Positions 8,441 to 18,386 are shown, numbered from the stretch's first letter. The stretch: 64,000 bases of DNA from Thermoplasmata archaeon (GCA_022749935.1 JAKIWQ010000002.1:2480-66479); one strand, 5' to 3'. A program made the numbers and translations. The notes: a model not told the origin generated them from the letters alone.

Positions 8441-9187
8441 GTGCCGGCCGGTGAGTCGGGGACGGCTCACCCCGCCCCGAAAGTGGTTCCGGCCGGTCGG
8501 CCGGGGAGGACGGGTCTGGAACCGGCCTTGGGCCTCACATCCAGACCGCTCTCGCCGGAGACCTGGCCCGCGTTTGCCCGTCTGGTCAAGAAGCACAACG
8601 GAATTTTCGGCGGTTGCTGGTGCATCTCCTTCCACCTCCGGCCGGGCGAAGGGAAGCGCACGGCCGCCCAATACCGAGCGATGAAGAGGGCGCGCGTGCG
8701 GGAAGGGCGAGCCCACGCCGCGCTCGTCTTTGACGGCCGTAACGCCGTTGGATGGTGTCAGTTCGGTCCGACCGCCGAACTCCCAAATATCCGGAGCCAA
8801 AAGGCCTACGAAGAGGGGCTGCGCGGGTTTCCCGATTGGCGCATCACCTGCTTCTTCATCGACCGAGAACGCCGAGGGGAGGGGATTGCGAACCGGGCGC
8901 TCCAAGAGGCCCTTCGGGAGATCGCCCGACTTGGAGGGGGGACGGTCGAAGGATACCCGGAGGAGGTAGCGGGCCGCAAGGTCTCTCGATCGTTCCTGTG
9001 CAGCGGGACCCTGGGTATGTTCGAGAAAGAGGGATTCGAGAAGACTCGCAAGATCGCGATGCATCGTTGGGTCGTGGTTCGGAGGATTCCACCGGATCGG
9101 ACTCGCGTCGGGGTCGCACCCACGGGGGCCACGGAGGTCGGACCGGCGATGGATACCTCGCCGCGGGAAGTTCGACAGAACTCCTGA
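8441..9187 (+). CDS. GNAT-family N-acetyltransferase
   Basis: NGIFGGCWCISFH...ALVFDG.NAVGWCQFGP...FFIDRERRGEGIANRALQEALREI..LGGGTVEGYP. The true start may be TTG at 8528 (MGLTSRPLSPETW). Confidence 0.8.
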   Translation: MPAGESGTAHPAPKVVPAGRPGRTGLEPALGLTSRPLSPETWPAFARLVKKHNGIFGGCWCISFHLRPGEGKRTAAQYRAMKRARVREGRAHAALVFDGRNAVGWCQFGPTAELPNIRSQKAYEEGLRGFPDWRITCFFIDRERRGEGIANRALQEALREIARLGGGTVEGYPEEVAGRKVSRSFLCSGTLGMFEKEGFEKTRKIAMHRWVVVRRIPPDRTRVGVAPTGATEVGPAMDTSPREVRQNS

Positions 9188-9308
9188 AGACCTCGGCGGG
9201 TCCACAGGGTTTCTCGATCTCCCTGGGTCCAGGGCGAACCGGGAGGGGACTCCGTTGACCGAGGAACTCGCATCGTGGACGTCATCGCCGCACTCCGAAG
9301 GTCGGCCC

Positions 9309-10133
9309 TCAGGCTCTCGTCGCCTCGCGCTTCGACCAAAGCTGGAAGATGCGGGGGCCGGAGGTCAAGGTGTGCGGATCGTTCAAGAACTGGGCCAGAC
9401 TCGCGAGCGCGGAGGCGAGTTCCGCCGGCGTAGCAAGTCCCTCGGACAGGATCGCCTCGCTGACAGCCTCCAGCGTCGTCCACGGGAGCGTCTTTCCCCC
9501 TCCCACGGTGGTGTACTGCGGTTGGACTACGGTGAGTTGCGGGTCGGGAATGCCCGCTTCGAGGGCGTATCGGAATAACTTGCGTCCGAGGGCATGATCC
9601 CCGCCGCTCCGCAGGAGCACCTGGCGATAGGTCCGCAAGAAGAACTCGAATCCATCGTTGGGCGGGTCCCAGCACCACCCGTCAAAGTCGGCGTCCTCCA
9701 CGACTAGGACCCCTCCGGGACGGACCCCCGCCCACATGCGCCGGAGGAGATCGACCGGCTTACGGAGGTGGTGAAGGAGGAACCGCGCATAGACCGCGTC
9801 GTAGCCATTGGGTTCGTTCCACTCGTTGGCATTCACCGTTCGAAACTCCACGTTGCTGAGTTTGCGCTCAACGGCCGCTTGGCGCGCCAGCCCGAGTTTT
9901 ACCTCGTCCATGTCGAGACCGGTGACGCTCCCTCCGGGGGAGACCAGTCGCGCCATCTCGAGGCTGACTTCTCCGCCCCCGCATCCGACGTCCAGGCAGC
10001 GCATCCCGGGGCGGAGGCCGGCTCGCTGGAACAGCGCGCGGGTCTCCGGCCATCGTTCGCGGGCGAGCAGAAGGAGCCGTTCGTAGCCCTCCTTTCCACC
10101 ACGGATCGCGTACCGTTCCTTGTCGGGAATCAT
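9309..10133 (-). CDS. Class I SAM-dependent methyltransferase
   Basis: Motif I is CLDVGCGGGEVSLEMA. Post-I and motif II (DAVYARFLLHHL, GGVLVVED) are present. Confidence 0.85.
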   Translation of the reverse strand: MIPDKERYAIRGGKEGYERLLLLARERWPETRALFQRAGLRPGMRCLDVGCGGGEVSLEMARLVSPGGSVTGLDMDEVKLGLARQAAVERKLSNVEFRTVNANEWNEPNGYDAVYARFLLHHLRKPVDLLRRMWAGVRPGGVLVVEDADFDGWCWDPPNDGFEFFLRTYRQVLLRSGGDHALGRKLFRYALEAGIPDPQLTVVQPQYTTVGGGKTLPWTTLEAVSEAILSEGLATPAELASALASLAQFLNDPHTLTSGPRIFQLWSKREATRA

Positions 10134-10372
10134 CGGGGAAGGTCCTCGCTCTTGGCATCATTCTACAGACATTGATAACCGCACGACCTGCGAGGGAGGG
10201 TCGCGAATGGGGGCCCGGAGTGGTCTCCCATCGAGGGTCCCGGTCGCTCCTCAAGAGTCAATGGTTTCCGGCGAATCCTTCCGGGGCGGTGGTCCCTTCC
10301 GGACCGGACTACGGTCGACGGATTGTAATCGCCCTCGAGCTCTTCCGATTCTGGTACGTCGAGGGAGGTCGT

Positions 10373-10978
10373 ATGATGGTCCTGAAGAAAGGTTCCGAGC
10401 GGGATCTGTTCTGGAATTTCGCGAGGGCCGAGTTTGAGATTCCAAGACACGGCCCACGGCACACCCAACCCGTGATTTCCGACCCGCTGAAAAAGCGCGT
10501 CCTTCGTGACCAACGGGCCGGGTTATCGGACCAAGATTGGGAGGCCTTGCGGGAAGCCGTAACCTCCACGAGAGGCTCCATCGTCCAACCTGTCCTGGAT
10601 GCCCGGGCCGGGTGGTTTCTCGGAAAGCTCCCTTCGAACCGGTGGGAGGAGGTACGAGTCATGAACCTTCGCATCTTCGTCCGGATCGCTCCCAGCCGAC
10701 GGGTCATGGATATGACGACGGCCCTGGACCACGGTTCGGTACCTCAGGGTTGGGATCCCCTGAATTATCCTCGACTTCGCTCGACGTTCAAACTGTCCCG
10801 GATGCATGGGAATCCCATCCTGGTCGCGCAACGACCCTCGGGACCCTACACTCTCATCGAAGGGGTCACTCGAATGTGCGTGCTCCTCTCCAAGAGCCTG
10901 CAGGGCGAGATCGACCTGCCGCACATCCCGGTGGTGCTGGGCGTCAGCCGGCGATTCGACCGATGGGATTTCTTCTGA
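10373..10978 (+). CDS. Hypothetical protein
   Basis: Internal ATG-ATG at 10373 preceded by GAGGGAGG. The C-terminal YTLIEGVTRM is faintly reminiscent of the ParB/Srx (D/E)G..R motif. No confident family. Confidence 0.55.
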   Translation: MMVLKKGSERDLFWNFARAEFEIPRHGPRHTQPVISDPLKKRVLRDQRAGLSDQDWEALREAVTSTRGSIVQPVLDARAGWFLGKLPSNRWEEVRVMNLRIFVRIAPSRRVMDMTTALDHGSVPQGWDPLNYPRLRSTFKLSRMHGNPILVAQRPSGPYTLIEGVTRMCVLLSKSLQGEIDLPHIPVVLGVSRRFDRWDFF

Positions 10979-11143
10979 ATCCGGACGCCGTTCCCCGCGT
11001 GGAACGTGTACCAACGGAAAGTGACCAGTGCAATTTAGAGCTCACGGTCTCGCTGCGAGTAGGCGCTCCTGCGAGGAGCAGTCATTCTAAATCTCCTCCT
11101 CCTAAACGGCCCGCCGCACTGTGGAGGCTCCCGGCCGCCCGAG

Positions 11144-11563
11144 CTAGGTCGGCGGCCCGGGGGGGAGATCCGGGAGGATGTACTCGAATCGGTACGAGTG
11201 GACCCCCTCCTCCATCTTGATGGCCAACCGACCCGACAGTCCGGTAAGCTCGCCGCTCCCAGAGTCCGGAACGACCAGGATGGTCAGCTGTTGAGAACTC
11301 TTCGTCATGATCCCACCGTGTTGGAGGACAAAGCTCCCCCGACGACCGTGGAGGGTACCGGTGACGCGCTCGATCGCGACGTACCCGGCGGAGCCTTCGA
11401 CCTCCCCCATCGCGGTCATCATATCGCCCTTGCTGACGGCCTCGAGGTCGCCGTGGAACCGTTTGCTCAGGGACAGGCGAGACAGCGTGGAGCCCTCGGC
11501 GATGTCGTCAGGTCCCTGCGGGCTCATCGTTACCTCGAAGGTTCCGGTAGCGTTCGTCGTCAT
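11144..11563 (-). CDS. DUF3224-family protein
   Basis: GTFEV...RLSLSKRFHGDLEAVSKGDMM....GSAGYVAIERVTGTLHGRRGSFVLQHGG......L.VVPDSGSGELTGL.G matches the family-wide pattern. Confidence 0.8.
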   Translation of the reverse strand: MTTNATGTFEVTMSPQGPDDIAEGSTLSRLSLSKRFHGDLEAVSKGDMMTAMGEVEGSAGYVAIERVTGTLHGRRGSFVLQHGGIMTKSSQQLTILVVPDSGSGELTGLSGRLAIKMEEGVHSYRFEYILPDLPPGPPT

Positions 11564-11863
11564 CGTGCTCCCCCGTTCGGCTGCTCGAACGGGAGAAGGG
11601 GCGGCTATATTGGGGCTCGCCGCGGCGCCGACGGCACCGATGGGGCGTCTGGACCGCGGGGGACCCGACGGCGTCGCTCCAACTCCTGAAGGATCGCACC
11701 TTGACCGACCGGACCTCCCCCTTCGGCCGTTCGGCCGAGCCGGACTTCCGTGGCGTCCACGGTCCCACGACCGAACCGGACCCTCTCCCGGTCACCTTTC
11801 GACCCCTTGCCACCCGCCCCCCCGTACTTCATCAGACGCTCGGTCTGACGGAATCACCGAAGG

Positions 11864-12367
11864 ATGACCCTCCTGGCGTACCTCCCTGAAGTCGAAGCCA
11901 TCGTCACCATCGCGATCGTCGCGGCGGTCGGTTACTTCCTCTCCCGCTGGGCGGTGAAACGCCTGCAAGCGCGGGGCGCGGCCCCGTCCTCCGTCCGCGG
12001 AGTCCGGGTCACGATCTCCGTATTGTCGATCCTGATCGCCGGGGCTATCATCGGGTCCCTCATCGGTCCCATCAATTTCGTCTCGGGCCTCACCCTGTCC
12101 GCGTTCGTGGGGCTCGCGGTCACCCTCGCGCTCCAGACGACCCTGGCCAACGTCATCGCCGGTTTCATTCTTCTCCAGGACCGGATGCTCCGCCTGAACG
12201 ATACGATCACCATCGGGGGCGTCACGGGGAAGGTGGTCCAGATCGGACTGGTCACCGTCTGGCTCCGGCTGGAGGACGGGTCGGTGGCGTCGGTGAGCAA
12301 CTCGTCCCTCCTGAGCGGGCCGGTCATCAACCGGAGCGCCGCCAACCGGCTCAAGGGAGAATACTAG
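11864..12367 (+). CDS. Small mechanosensitive channel (MscS-like) protein
   Basis: Three TM segments, then the pore-helix/beta-domain signature LALQTTLANVIAGFILLQDRMLRLNDTITIGGVTGKVVQIGLVTVWL. Confidence 0.75.
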   Translation: MTLLAYLPEVEAIVTIAIVAAVGYFLSRWAVKRLQARGAAPSSVRGVRVTISVLSILIAGAIIGSLIGPINFVSGLTLSAFVGLAVTLALQTTLANVIAGFILLQDRMLRLNDTITIGGVTGKVVQIGLVTVWLRLEDGSVASVSNSSLLSGPVINRSAANRLKGEY

Positions 12368-12449
12368 TCCGGTCGACGGTTCCGGGGGGAATCTTATCCC
12401 CCCCGCCCCGGCCTACGTCTAATCTACTCGGCCGGGTTCGGTACCTCCC

Positions 12450-12626
12450 ATGTCGAGTGTGGAATCCGGGGTCCGATCGATCATTCGAATCGTCCTCGTT
12501 GTCGTGGGACTTCTGGTCTTGCTCTTTGGGGTCATCCTAGCGGTCGAGGCCATGGCCCTGACCGTGGCCGCCTTGGTGGACATCCTCGTGGGCGCGGTCC
12601 TCATCGTCATCTCTCGGTACATCTGA
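12450..12626 (+). CDS. 58-aa two-TM membrane peptide (below the ORF-track cutoff)
   Basis: ATG 12450 to TGA 12624-12626 gives MSSVESGVRSIIRIVLVVVGLLVLLFGVILAVEAMALTVAALVDILVGAVLIVISRYI. Third positions are G/C rich. Confidence 0.45.
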   Translation: MSSVESGVRSIIRIVLVVVGLLVLLFGVILAVEAMALTVAALVDILVGAVLIVISRYI

Positions 12627-12717
12627 ACCTCGGGACCGGATCGAAGGCGGGGGGCTCGCCTCACCGCGGGGAGACGAGTCGGTCGACCGGGCCGACTCCC
12701 CCCCATCCCTATCGGGG

Positions 12718-14166
12718 TCAGTCCCCGGGCGCCGCCGGGTTGTCCGGTTCGGGGCGGGCGGCGTTGCGGAACACGGACGGCACGAGGGCGGTCAAGATGA
12801 GCGCCGCGGAGGCGAGGAACACGATGTGGATGGATTCGAGGAATCCAGAGGCGACGCCCGGCGCGACCCCCTGCGCCGACGACCCGAGGAAGATCGCCAC
12901 GATGGCCGCGTGCGGGAGAACCTGCGCCATCACGAGGAGCGTGATCCCGAGGCTGATGGTCGCCCCGGTGTTCACGAACGTAGTGCCGATGCCGGACGCG
13001 ACGCCTCGCCGACTCGGTGGCACGGCGGTCATCATCGCGGCCCGATTGGGCGCGGCAAAGAGTCCCATCCCTGCGCCGACGAGGACGAGCGGGGGGGTGA
13101 GGGCGAGGAAACTCTCCCCGGAGGAGATGGTGGAGAGCCAAAGAAATCCGGCGGCCGAGACGATGAGGCCGGAGAGTAGGAACCAACGGGGGCCGTACCG
13201 GTCGGAAAGCCACCCGCTCACCGGGCCGAAGGTCGCGAGGGAGGCCGAGACCGGGATGAGGAAGAGACCCGCTGAGAACGGATTCAGGAACCGTGGGGGA
13301 CCCTGGAGGTAGAACACCAGGACGAAGGTGAACGCCCCTCGGGCGAGGGCGTTGAGGAGCATGGCGACCGCGCTCGCCGAGAACTCCCGGTTTCGAAAGA
13401 GCGACAGGTCGAGCATGGGGGACCGCTCCCGCGACTCGACGTAGACGAACACGCCGAGGAGGCCCACCCCGACGACGGCCATGCCGACGCCCAGCAGGGG
13501 GCTGACGTCGCCGAGGGCGCCGAGGGTGACCCCGAGCAGGATGAGGGTGAGCCCGAGGGCGAACACGACGTTGCCGGCCCAGTCGATGTGCGGCCGCTCG
13601 GCGGGTTTCACCAGCTCGTGGAGGTCCGTATGGGCCTTGATGGTCGCGATGATGCCGATGGGCACGTTCACGAAGAAGATCCACCTCCAACCGATGGTCG
13701 AGGTGATCACCCCACCGAGGATGAGTCCCGATACGGCCCCCACGACGATCGAGACCTGGTTGATCCCGAGCGCCCGTCCCCGCTCGTTCGGGGGAAAGGC
13801 ATCGGTGATGATGGCCGCCCCGTTCGAAAAGAGAAATCCCGCACCAACGGCCTGCACCAGCCGAAAGAGTACGAGTTCAAGGCCCGTCTGGGAGAACCCG
13901 CACAACAAGGACCCGGCCGTGAAGACCGCGAAGCCGAGGACGTAGAGCCGGACCCGCCCGAAGAGGTCGGAGAGACGGCCAAAGTTGAGGAGCACGACGG
14001 CCGTGAGGAGGGAGTATCCTAGCAGGATCCAGAGCAGTGTGGTCGCACTCGTACCCGGGAGCTCCCGACCGATGGTCGGGAGCGAGATCAACACGATGTT
14101 GGTGTCGAGCGCCGCCATCAGGGTGGCGATCGTGGTGTTGGAGAGGACCTTCCACTTGTACTGCAT
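12718..14166 (-). CDS. MFS transporter, DHA2/EmrB-like (14-TM type)
   Basis: N-terminus MQYKWKVLSNTTIATLMAALDTNIVLISLPTI..., motif GRLSDLFGR, and many TM segments. Confidence 0.9.
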   Translation of the reverse strand: MQYKWKVLSNTTIATLMAALDTNIVLISLPTIGRELPGTSATTLLWILLGYSLLTAVVLLNFGRLSDLFGRVRLYVLGFAVFTAGSLLCGFSQTGLELVLFRLVQAVGAGFLFSNGAAIITDAFPPNERGRALGINQVSIVVGAVSGLILGGVITSTIGWRWIFFVNVPIGIIATIKAHTDLHELVKPAERPHIDWAGNVVFALGLTLILLGVTLGALGDVSPLLGVGMAVVGVGLLGVFVYVESRERSPMLDLSLFRNREFSASAVAMLLNALARGAFTFVLVFYLQGPPRFLNPFSAGLFLIPVSASLATFGPVSGWLSDRYGPRWFLLSGLIVSAAGFLWLSTISSGESFLALTPPLVLVGAGMGLFAAPNRAAMMTAVPPSRRGVASGIGTTFVNTGATISLGITLLVMAQVLPHAAIVAIFLGSSAQGVAPGVASGFLESIHIVFLASAALILTALVPSVFRNAARPEPDNPAAPGD

Positions 14167-14274
14167 CGCAGGACCCGCCGGGTACGTCGGGCCCGTGGGA
14201 AGGAGGGGAGGACGGAGGCGGGTGGTTTGAGGAGGCGTTCGCCGAGGAGAGAGATAAGTTTGCTCTCCGACCCC

Positions 14275-14715
14275 TCAACCGAGCGGAGCGGGGTCGGAGT
14301 GGTAGGCGGCGATCTGACTCGAGAGCTTGTCGATGTACTGGCGGAACATCGCGAGGACGTCACGAGACGTGATGATTCCGACCACCTGCTCGCCCGAACG
14401 AACGACCATTCGACGGATCCCGTTCGTCGCCATCGTCTCCACCACATCCTCCGCGGGGGTCTCCGGGGCGCAGGCTCGCACGATAGGACTCGCAATCTCC
14501 GCGATGGGGACCCGGGCGGGGTCCCGGCCCGCGGCGAGGATCTTCTCGAGGAAGTCCCATTCCGTCACGATCCCGGAGACCTTTCCGGTCGGTAGCACGA
14601 CGACCGCGTACCCCTTGCGCTCGGCCGCGAGCTTGCGCGCACAGGAGAGGGCGTCGACGGTACTCTCCACCGTGAGGACCTTCGGGTCCATGATGTCACG
14701 GGCGAGGAGCACCAT
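14275..14715 (-). CDS. CBS-domain pair protein
   Basis: Two CBS repeats (ARDIMDPKVLTV...GIVTEWDF; ..VETMATNGIRRMVVRSGEQVVGIITSRDV). Start taken at ATG 14715. The track ORF extends to 14814, which would overlap the divergent neighbour. Confidence 0.8.
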   Translation of the reverse strand: MVLLARDIMDPKVLTVESTVDALSCARKLAAERKGYAVVVLPTGKVSGIVTEWDFLEKILAAGRDPARVPIAEIASPIVRACAPETPAEDVVETMATNGIRRMVVRSGEQVVGIITSRDVLAMFRQYIDKLSSQIAAYHSDPAPLG

Positions 14716-14782
14716 CGCGCCCCGGAGCACCGGGAGCGATATGAGCCTGCGGCCCTCGCCGTTGGCGAAAGGCACGTCGGTG

Positions 14783-15835
14783 ATGGCGGACCCCTCACTC
14801 TCCCTCAACACCACGCTCCTCCGCGGTTTCCGGTACGCCTGCTGGCCGGAATGTGGTCTCTGCTGCTTTGCGGAACCCCGCGTGGATGCGACCGAGCGGG
14901 CCGTCCTCCTGCAGATCGCCCCCGAAACCGAGTTCGTCGATACTTCGCAGGGATCTTTCCTTCGCGCGGGGTCGAACGGTGGGGCCTGTCAGTTCCTTCG
15001 AAACCTTCGATGTTCCGCCCACACCGCGCGACCCCACCCCTGCCAGGAGTTCCCGGTCCACGTGCACCTCGGCGACCGCCTCCAAGCGTCTCTGGTCCTC
15101 TCGTGTCCGGGCGTGGCCCTCGACGTGCTTTCGGAGACGACTCCCTTTTCGGCCCGCGCCGCTCCGGAAGGGTTCGGGGACGAACTCGCGGCGGTGAACC
15201 GCCGCCTCGTTCCCGGAGTCGACCGCCGGCTGCGCGAAGCGGGCCGTCGGAAAGGACGTATTGTCCGACAACTGGACCGGGAGGGACGGTGGGAGGAGGA
15301 GGAGGAGGTTCGGGACGCACTTCGGCGCGAGGTCCCCCTTCCCCTCCCGGAAGACTTTCCGGTCGAAGCCCCCCCCTCCGCCGAGGACGGACTCGAATTT
15401 CTGCCGATCTTCTACGACGGCCGTCCGGGCCCGGTAGGGCTCGCGGAAGGCCTCGGAGGTTGGGAGGCGGTCGAGCTCCGTCCGTCAGGTGGTGTCGAAC
15501 GCCTCCTCGCCGCCATCCCCCCGCCGGAAACTCCTCCCGAGCTCACTCCTACCGCGGAGCGACTCTTGGTCGGGTATCTCCGGTACTACCTCGAGCGGGA
15601 CGCCCTGCTGGCTTCCGTCCTCCCTCAGATGCTCCAATCCTCCGAGGGGACGGTGACCGCGTGGGTCGCGAAGGAACTCCGGACGATCGGCGCAACCGTC
15701 GTGAGCCGGGCGCTCGTGCGTGCGAAGTTGAGCGGGGCGCCGAGCGGGCCGCTCCGCGTCGGGGAGATCGCGGAGGGAATCCGGGCCACCGACCAGGACC
15801 GGTTGGATGTCCCCACCTGGGGGGACCGACTCTAG
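14783..15835 (+). CDS. YkgJ/UPF0153-type cysteine-cluster (CxxCxxCC) protein with a long C-terminal extension
   Basis: CWPECGLCCFAEP...GACQFL....CSAH..RPHPCQEFP. Only the part downstream of ATG 14783 is compatible with the divergent CBS gene. Confidence 0.6.
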   Translation: MADPSLSLNTTLLRGFRYACWPECGLCCFAEPRVDATERAVLLQIAPETEFVDTSQGSFLRAGSNGGACQFLRNLRCSAHTARPHPCQEFPVHVHLGDRLQASLVLSCPGVALDVLSETTPFSARAAPEGFGDELAAVNRRLVPGVDRRLREAGRRKGRIVRQLDREGRWEEEEEVRDALRREVPLPLPEDFPVEAPPSAEDGLEFLPIFYDGRPGPVGLAEGLGGWEAVELRPSGGVERLLAAIPPPETPPELTPTAERLLVGYLRYYLERDALLASVLPQMLQSSEGTVTAWVAKELRTIGATVVSRALVRAKLSGAPSGPLRVGEIAEGIRATDQDRLDVPTWGDRL

Positions 15836-16896
15836 GCCGGCCCCACGGGGGGGAGCGACACGCCGAGCACCTTTTCCAGCTCGCCCACCACGCCGGTCAT
15901 CCAACCGGTCTGAGGTACAGCGCGGGAGGGGGGCAACGGGTCGACCCACGTCTCCGGGGCGGGACGACCCCATTCCTTCTCGAATTCGCTCCGCCAGGCC
16001 GGCGGCAACGGCGCCTCGTGGGCCGGTACCTCGAGTCCGAGAGCGAAGGCACCCGCCCGCGCGAGCACTCGGGCGACGGCCTCCGGTCGGTACCCGCCCC
16101 CACCCGTGAAGACGACGCGGGAGTGGCACAATTCTCTGCCCATCGCAAGGACGAGACGGTCGATCTGGTCGTAGCTTCTCGAGGTGTAGTTAAGGGCCGT
16201 GAGCGGGTCGCCCGCGTGCCCATCAGCCCCGTGTTGCAGGACGATGACGTCCGGACGGAAAGCGCGAAGGAGCGGGGGGACGAGGCGTCGAAAGAGCGGC
16301 AGGAGGGCCTCGTCACCGGCACCGGGCGGCAGGGGCACATTGACCTTCAGGCCCGCACCGTCGCCCGAGCCCGACTCCTTCGGGAATCCCGTTCCGGGAA
16401 AGAGGGTCCGCCCGTCCTGGTGAAAGTCGATGTCGAGGACCTGTCCCGAATCGTAGAATCCATACATCACCCCGTCCCCGTGGTGCGCGTCGATGTCGAG
16501 GTAGGCGACCTTTTGGCCGGAGCGCGTGGCGTCCCCGATGGCGAGCGCGAGGTCGTTGAAAATGCAGAATCCGCTCGCCCGGTCGGGATGGGCGTGGTGG
16601 AGTCCTCCCGCCGGATGGAAGGTGGGGTGTTGGGATTCGATCGCGGTCCCGACCGCCCACGCCGCGCCCGACGCGATCCGGGAGGCGGCCTCGTAACATC
16701 CCTTGAACGAGGGGGTGTCTCCCCCGTCCAGCGGCTGCCTCCGCGCGCCCCCGCTCGCCAGCCGGACCCGTTCGACGTAGACGGGATCGTGGAACGTCTC
16801 GAGGTACTCCCGCGGTGCGACGGGGAGGTCGTCCCGAATCTCGATCCCCCGGCGGTCCGCCGGAGCGAGGAGGGTCGCGAGGAGTCGGACCGCCAT
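15832..16896 (-). CDS. Histone deacetylase-family enzyme (AcuC/acetylpolyamine amidohydrolase-like); the N-terminus is probably longer than called
   Basis: GGLHHAHPDRASGFCIFNDLA and YLDIDAHHGDGV metal/active-site motifs. The conserved N-terminal YDFGPDHPF lies in frame upstream of ATG 16896 (see finding). Confidence 0.9.
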   Translation of the reverse strand: MAVRLLATLLAPADRRGIEIRDDLPVAPREYLETFHDPVYVERVRLASGGARRQPLDGGDTPSFKGCYEAASRIASGAAWAVGTAIESQHPTFHPAGGLHHAHPDRASGFCIFNDLALAIGDATRSGQKVAYLDIDAHHGDGVMYGFYDSGQVLDIDFHQDGRTLFPGTGFPKESGSGDGAGLKVNVPLPPGAGDEALLPLFRRLVPPLLRAFRPDVIVLQHGADGHAGDPLTALNYTSRSYDQIDRLVLAMGRELCHSRVVFTGGGGYRPEAVARVLARAGAFALGLEVPAHEAPLPPAWRSEFEKEWGRPAPETWVDPLPPSRAVPQTGWMTGVVGELEKVLGVSLPPVGPA

Positions 16897-17098
16897 CCGA
16901 CGACTCCGTTCGGTGAAGGGGTGGTCGGGTCCGAAATCGTAGGCGAGGAACCGTTCGTCCCAGACCAGGCCGCCCGCTGGCTTCGTCGGCTCCCCCGCAC
17001 GTTCAGGGTCGGCGGGGCCATAATGGCTTGGCCGGACTCGGAGCGTCCCTCCGCCACCATTAAGAGGCGAGCCCCCTCGGGCGCCCCGAGGAGTCGGG

Positions 17099-17323
17099 AT
17101 GGCGATCGAGGACGAGGTCGGGTCGAACGCGGTGAAGGTCTACAAGACGATGAAGGACCTCGCGTACTCGAGCGAAGAGAAGATGGGAACGGCGGAACGG
17201 ATCACCCAGACGGTCAAGCTCCCGAAGAACATGGTCCTCAACGCGCTCCAAGAACTCCAGACCAAGGGCTGGGCCCGGCGCAAGGTCCGCGAGAAGGCCG
17301 CGGGCTACTATCTCACGAAGTAG
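17099..17323 (+). CDS. Small winged-helix DNA-binding protein
   Basis: 74 aa: ..MGTAERITQTVKLPKNMVLNALQELQTKGWARRKVREKAAGYYLTK is a typical wHTH recognition helix plus wing. Confidence 0.65.
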   Translation: MAIEDEVGSNAVKVYKTMKDLAYSSEEKMGTAERITQTVKLPKNMVLNALQELQTKGWARRKVREKAAGYYLTK

Positions 17324-18353
17324 TCGTCCGCTCGGGCGACGACGACGGGTCGCCCCAGATCCGCCCGACGATCCGACTGGTGGAGCGCAGCGTGACCTCG
17401 GTGACGGTCGTCACTCGCGCCACCTGGGCCCGCGAGCGGTGTTCCCCGTTCTTCTCTGCGGCGAGGTAGATCAGCGCGGCGACCAGGCCGTGAGGGGACA
17501 GTCCGGAGAGCTCGGCGTCCTGACGGGCCTCGTCCAACATCGCCTCCACGTTCGCTCGCACCCTCGGCGAGAGGGCGAGCTCCTCGGCATACCGGGCCAA
17601 GAACGCCTTCGTCCCAATCCCCGGAATGGAGAGCCCCGCGCCCCGTTGGATGACCTTGAAGGTCCGGCCGACCTCCGAGCGTCGACCCCCGACCGCCTCC
17701 GTGACCTCCCCGAGGGTCCGCGGGATCGAAAAGCGGCGGCACGCGGCATAGAGCGCGGCCCCGACGCTCGCAGGGAGACTCCGTCCGCGGAACAGGCCCC
17801 GATGCTTCGCCTCCCGGTAGACCTCTTCGGCCTCGGCCAGCACGATCGGTGGAAGGTCCATCTTCGTCGCGGCGAGAGCGATCTCACTCCGCGCCGGGGA
17901 GCGCTCAAGAGGCCCATCGGCCACGCGAGCGGTCTGACGTTGCATGACGCGCCGCAGGTGCTGGAACTCGTACCGACGGTGCCAGTCCAGGCGCCGTCCC
18001 TGGCCGTCTCGGGTCAAGGAGAGGGTCGAACCGAGCGATCGGCGGGCGCCGCCCCCGGGTCGGGCAAAGGGGCCGATCCCCCGACCACTCCCTTCGGTCG
18101 TGGATTCCGCTCGAGGCGGGGGCGCGGTCGCCAGGAGCTCGCCCTGGTCGAACACGAGCCCACACTCCGCACAGTGGGTCTCCGAACGGAGGGTATCCAT
18201 GATGCGGTGCGTGCTGTGGCACATCGGGCAGGTCGGCCCGCTCGGGCCTGTGGGCCCACTGCCCGAGACAGTCCCGGATTCTGTCACGGTGCTAGAGCTT
18301 ACCACGCCACCTCTATTTATGGGGGGAGACCGGCCCTCGCTCCTGGGCCGCAA
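17313..18353 (-). CDS. tfb: Transcription initiation factor IIB (TFB)
   Basis: N-terminal zinc ribbon CPMC...HCAECG followed by two cyclin-fold repeats. The start is uncertain; in-frame GTGs at 18308 and 18290 would leave room for a promoter. Confidence 0.9.
   Translation of the reverse strand: MRPRSEGRSPPINRGGVVSSSTVTESGTVSGSGPTGPSGPTCPMCHSTHRIMDTLRSETHCAECGLVFDQGELLATAPPPRAESTTEGSGRGIGPFARPGGGARRSLGSTLSLTRDGQGRRLDWHRRYEFQHLRRVMQRQTARVADGPLERSPARSEIALAATKMDLPPIVLAEAEEVYREAKHRGLFRGRSLPASVGAALYAACRRFSIPRTLGEVTEAVGGRRSEVGRTFKVIQRGAGLSIPGIGTKAFLARYAEELALSPRVRANVEAMLDEARQDAELSGLSPHGLVAALIYLAAEKNGEHRSRAQVARVTTVTEVTLRSTSRIVGRIWGDPSSSPERTTTS
18313..18320. promoter_or_regulatory. AT-rich TATA-like box (CTATTTAT / ATAAATAG) between the divergent tfb and membrane-protein genes
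   Basis: It is the only AT-rich octamer in the short divergent interval. Confidence 0.3.
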
Positions 18354-18386
18354 GACTATTCCTTATGTGCCCGCCTGTACCCCGAC

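Noticed and set aside
11605-11832. 75-aa Gly/Arg-rich ORF in the 300-nt gap between the DUF3224 and MscS-like genes
   Set aside because: Low-complexity translation, mixed codon bias, and competing overlapping frames. No motif supports it.
14851-17469. Very long ORFs such as 14851..17469 (+), 42063..43865 (-), 37776..39680 (-), 46956..48431 (-), 12419..13690 (-), 39247..40968 (+), 19625..21013 (+) and 31367..33136 (-)
   Set aside because: They run antisense to, or in alternate frames of, genes with clear family motifs. Their translations are Arg/Pro/Gly-rich low-complexity strings typical of shadow ORFs in GC-rich DNA.
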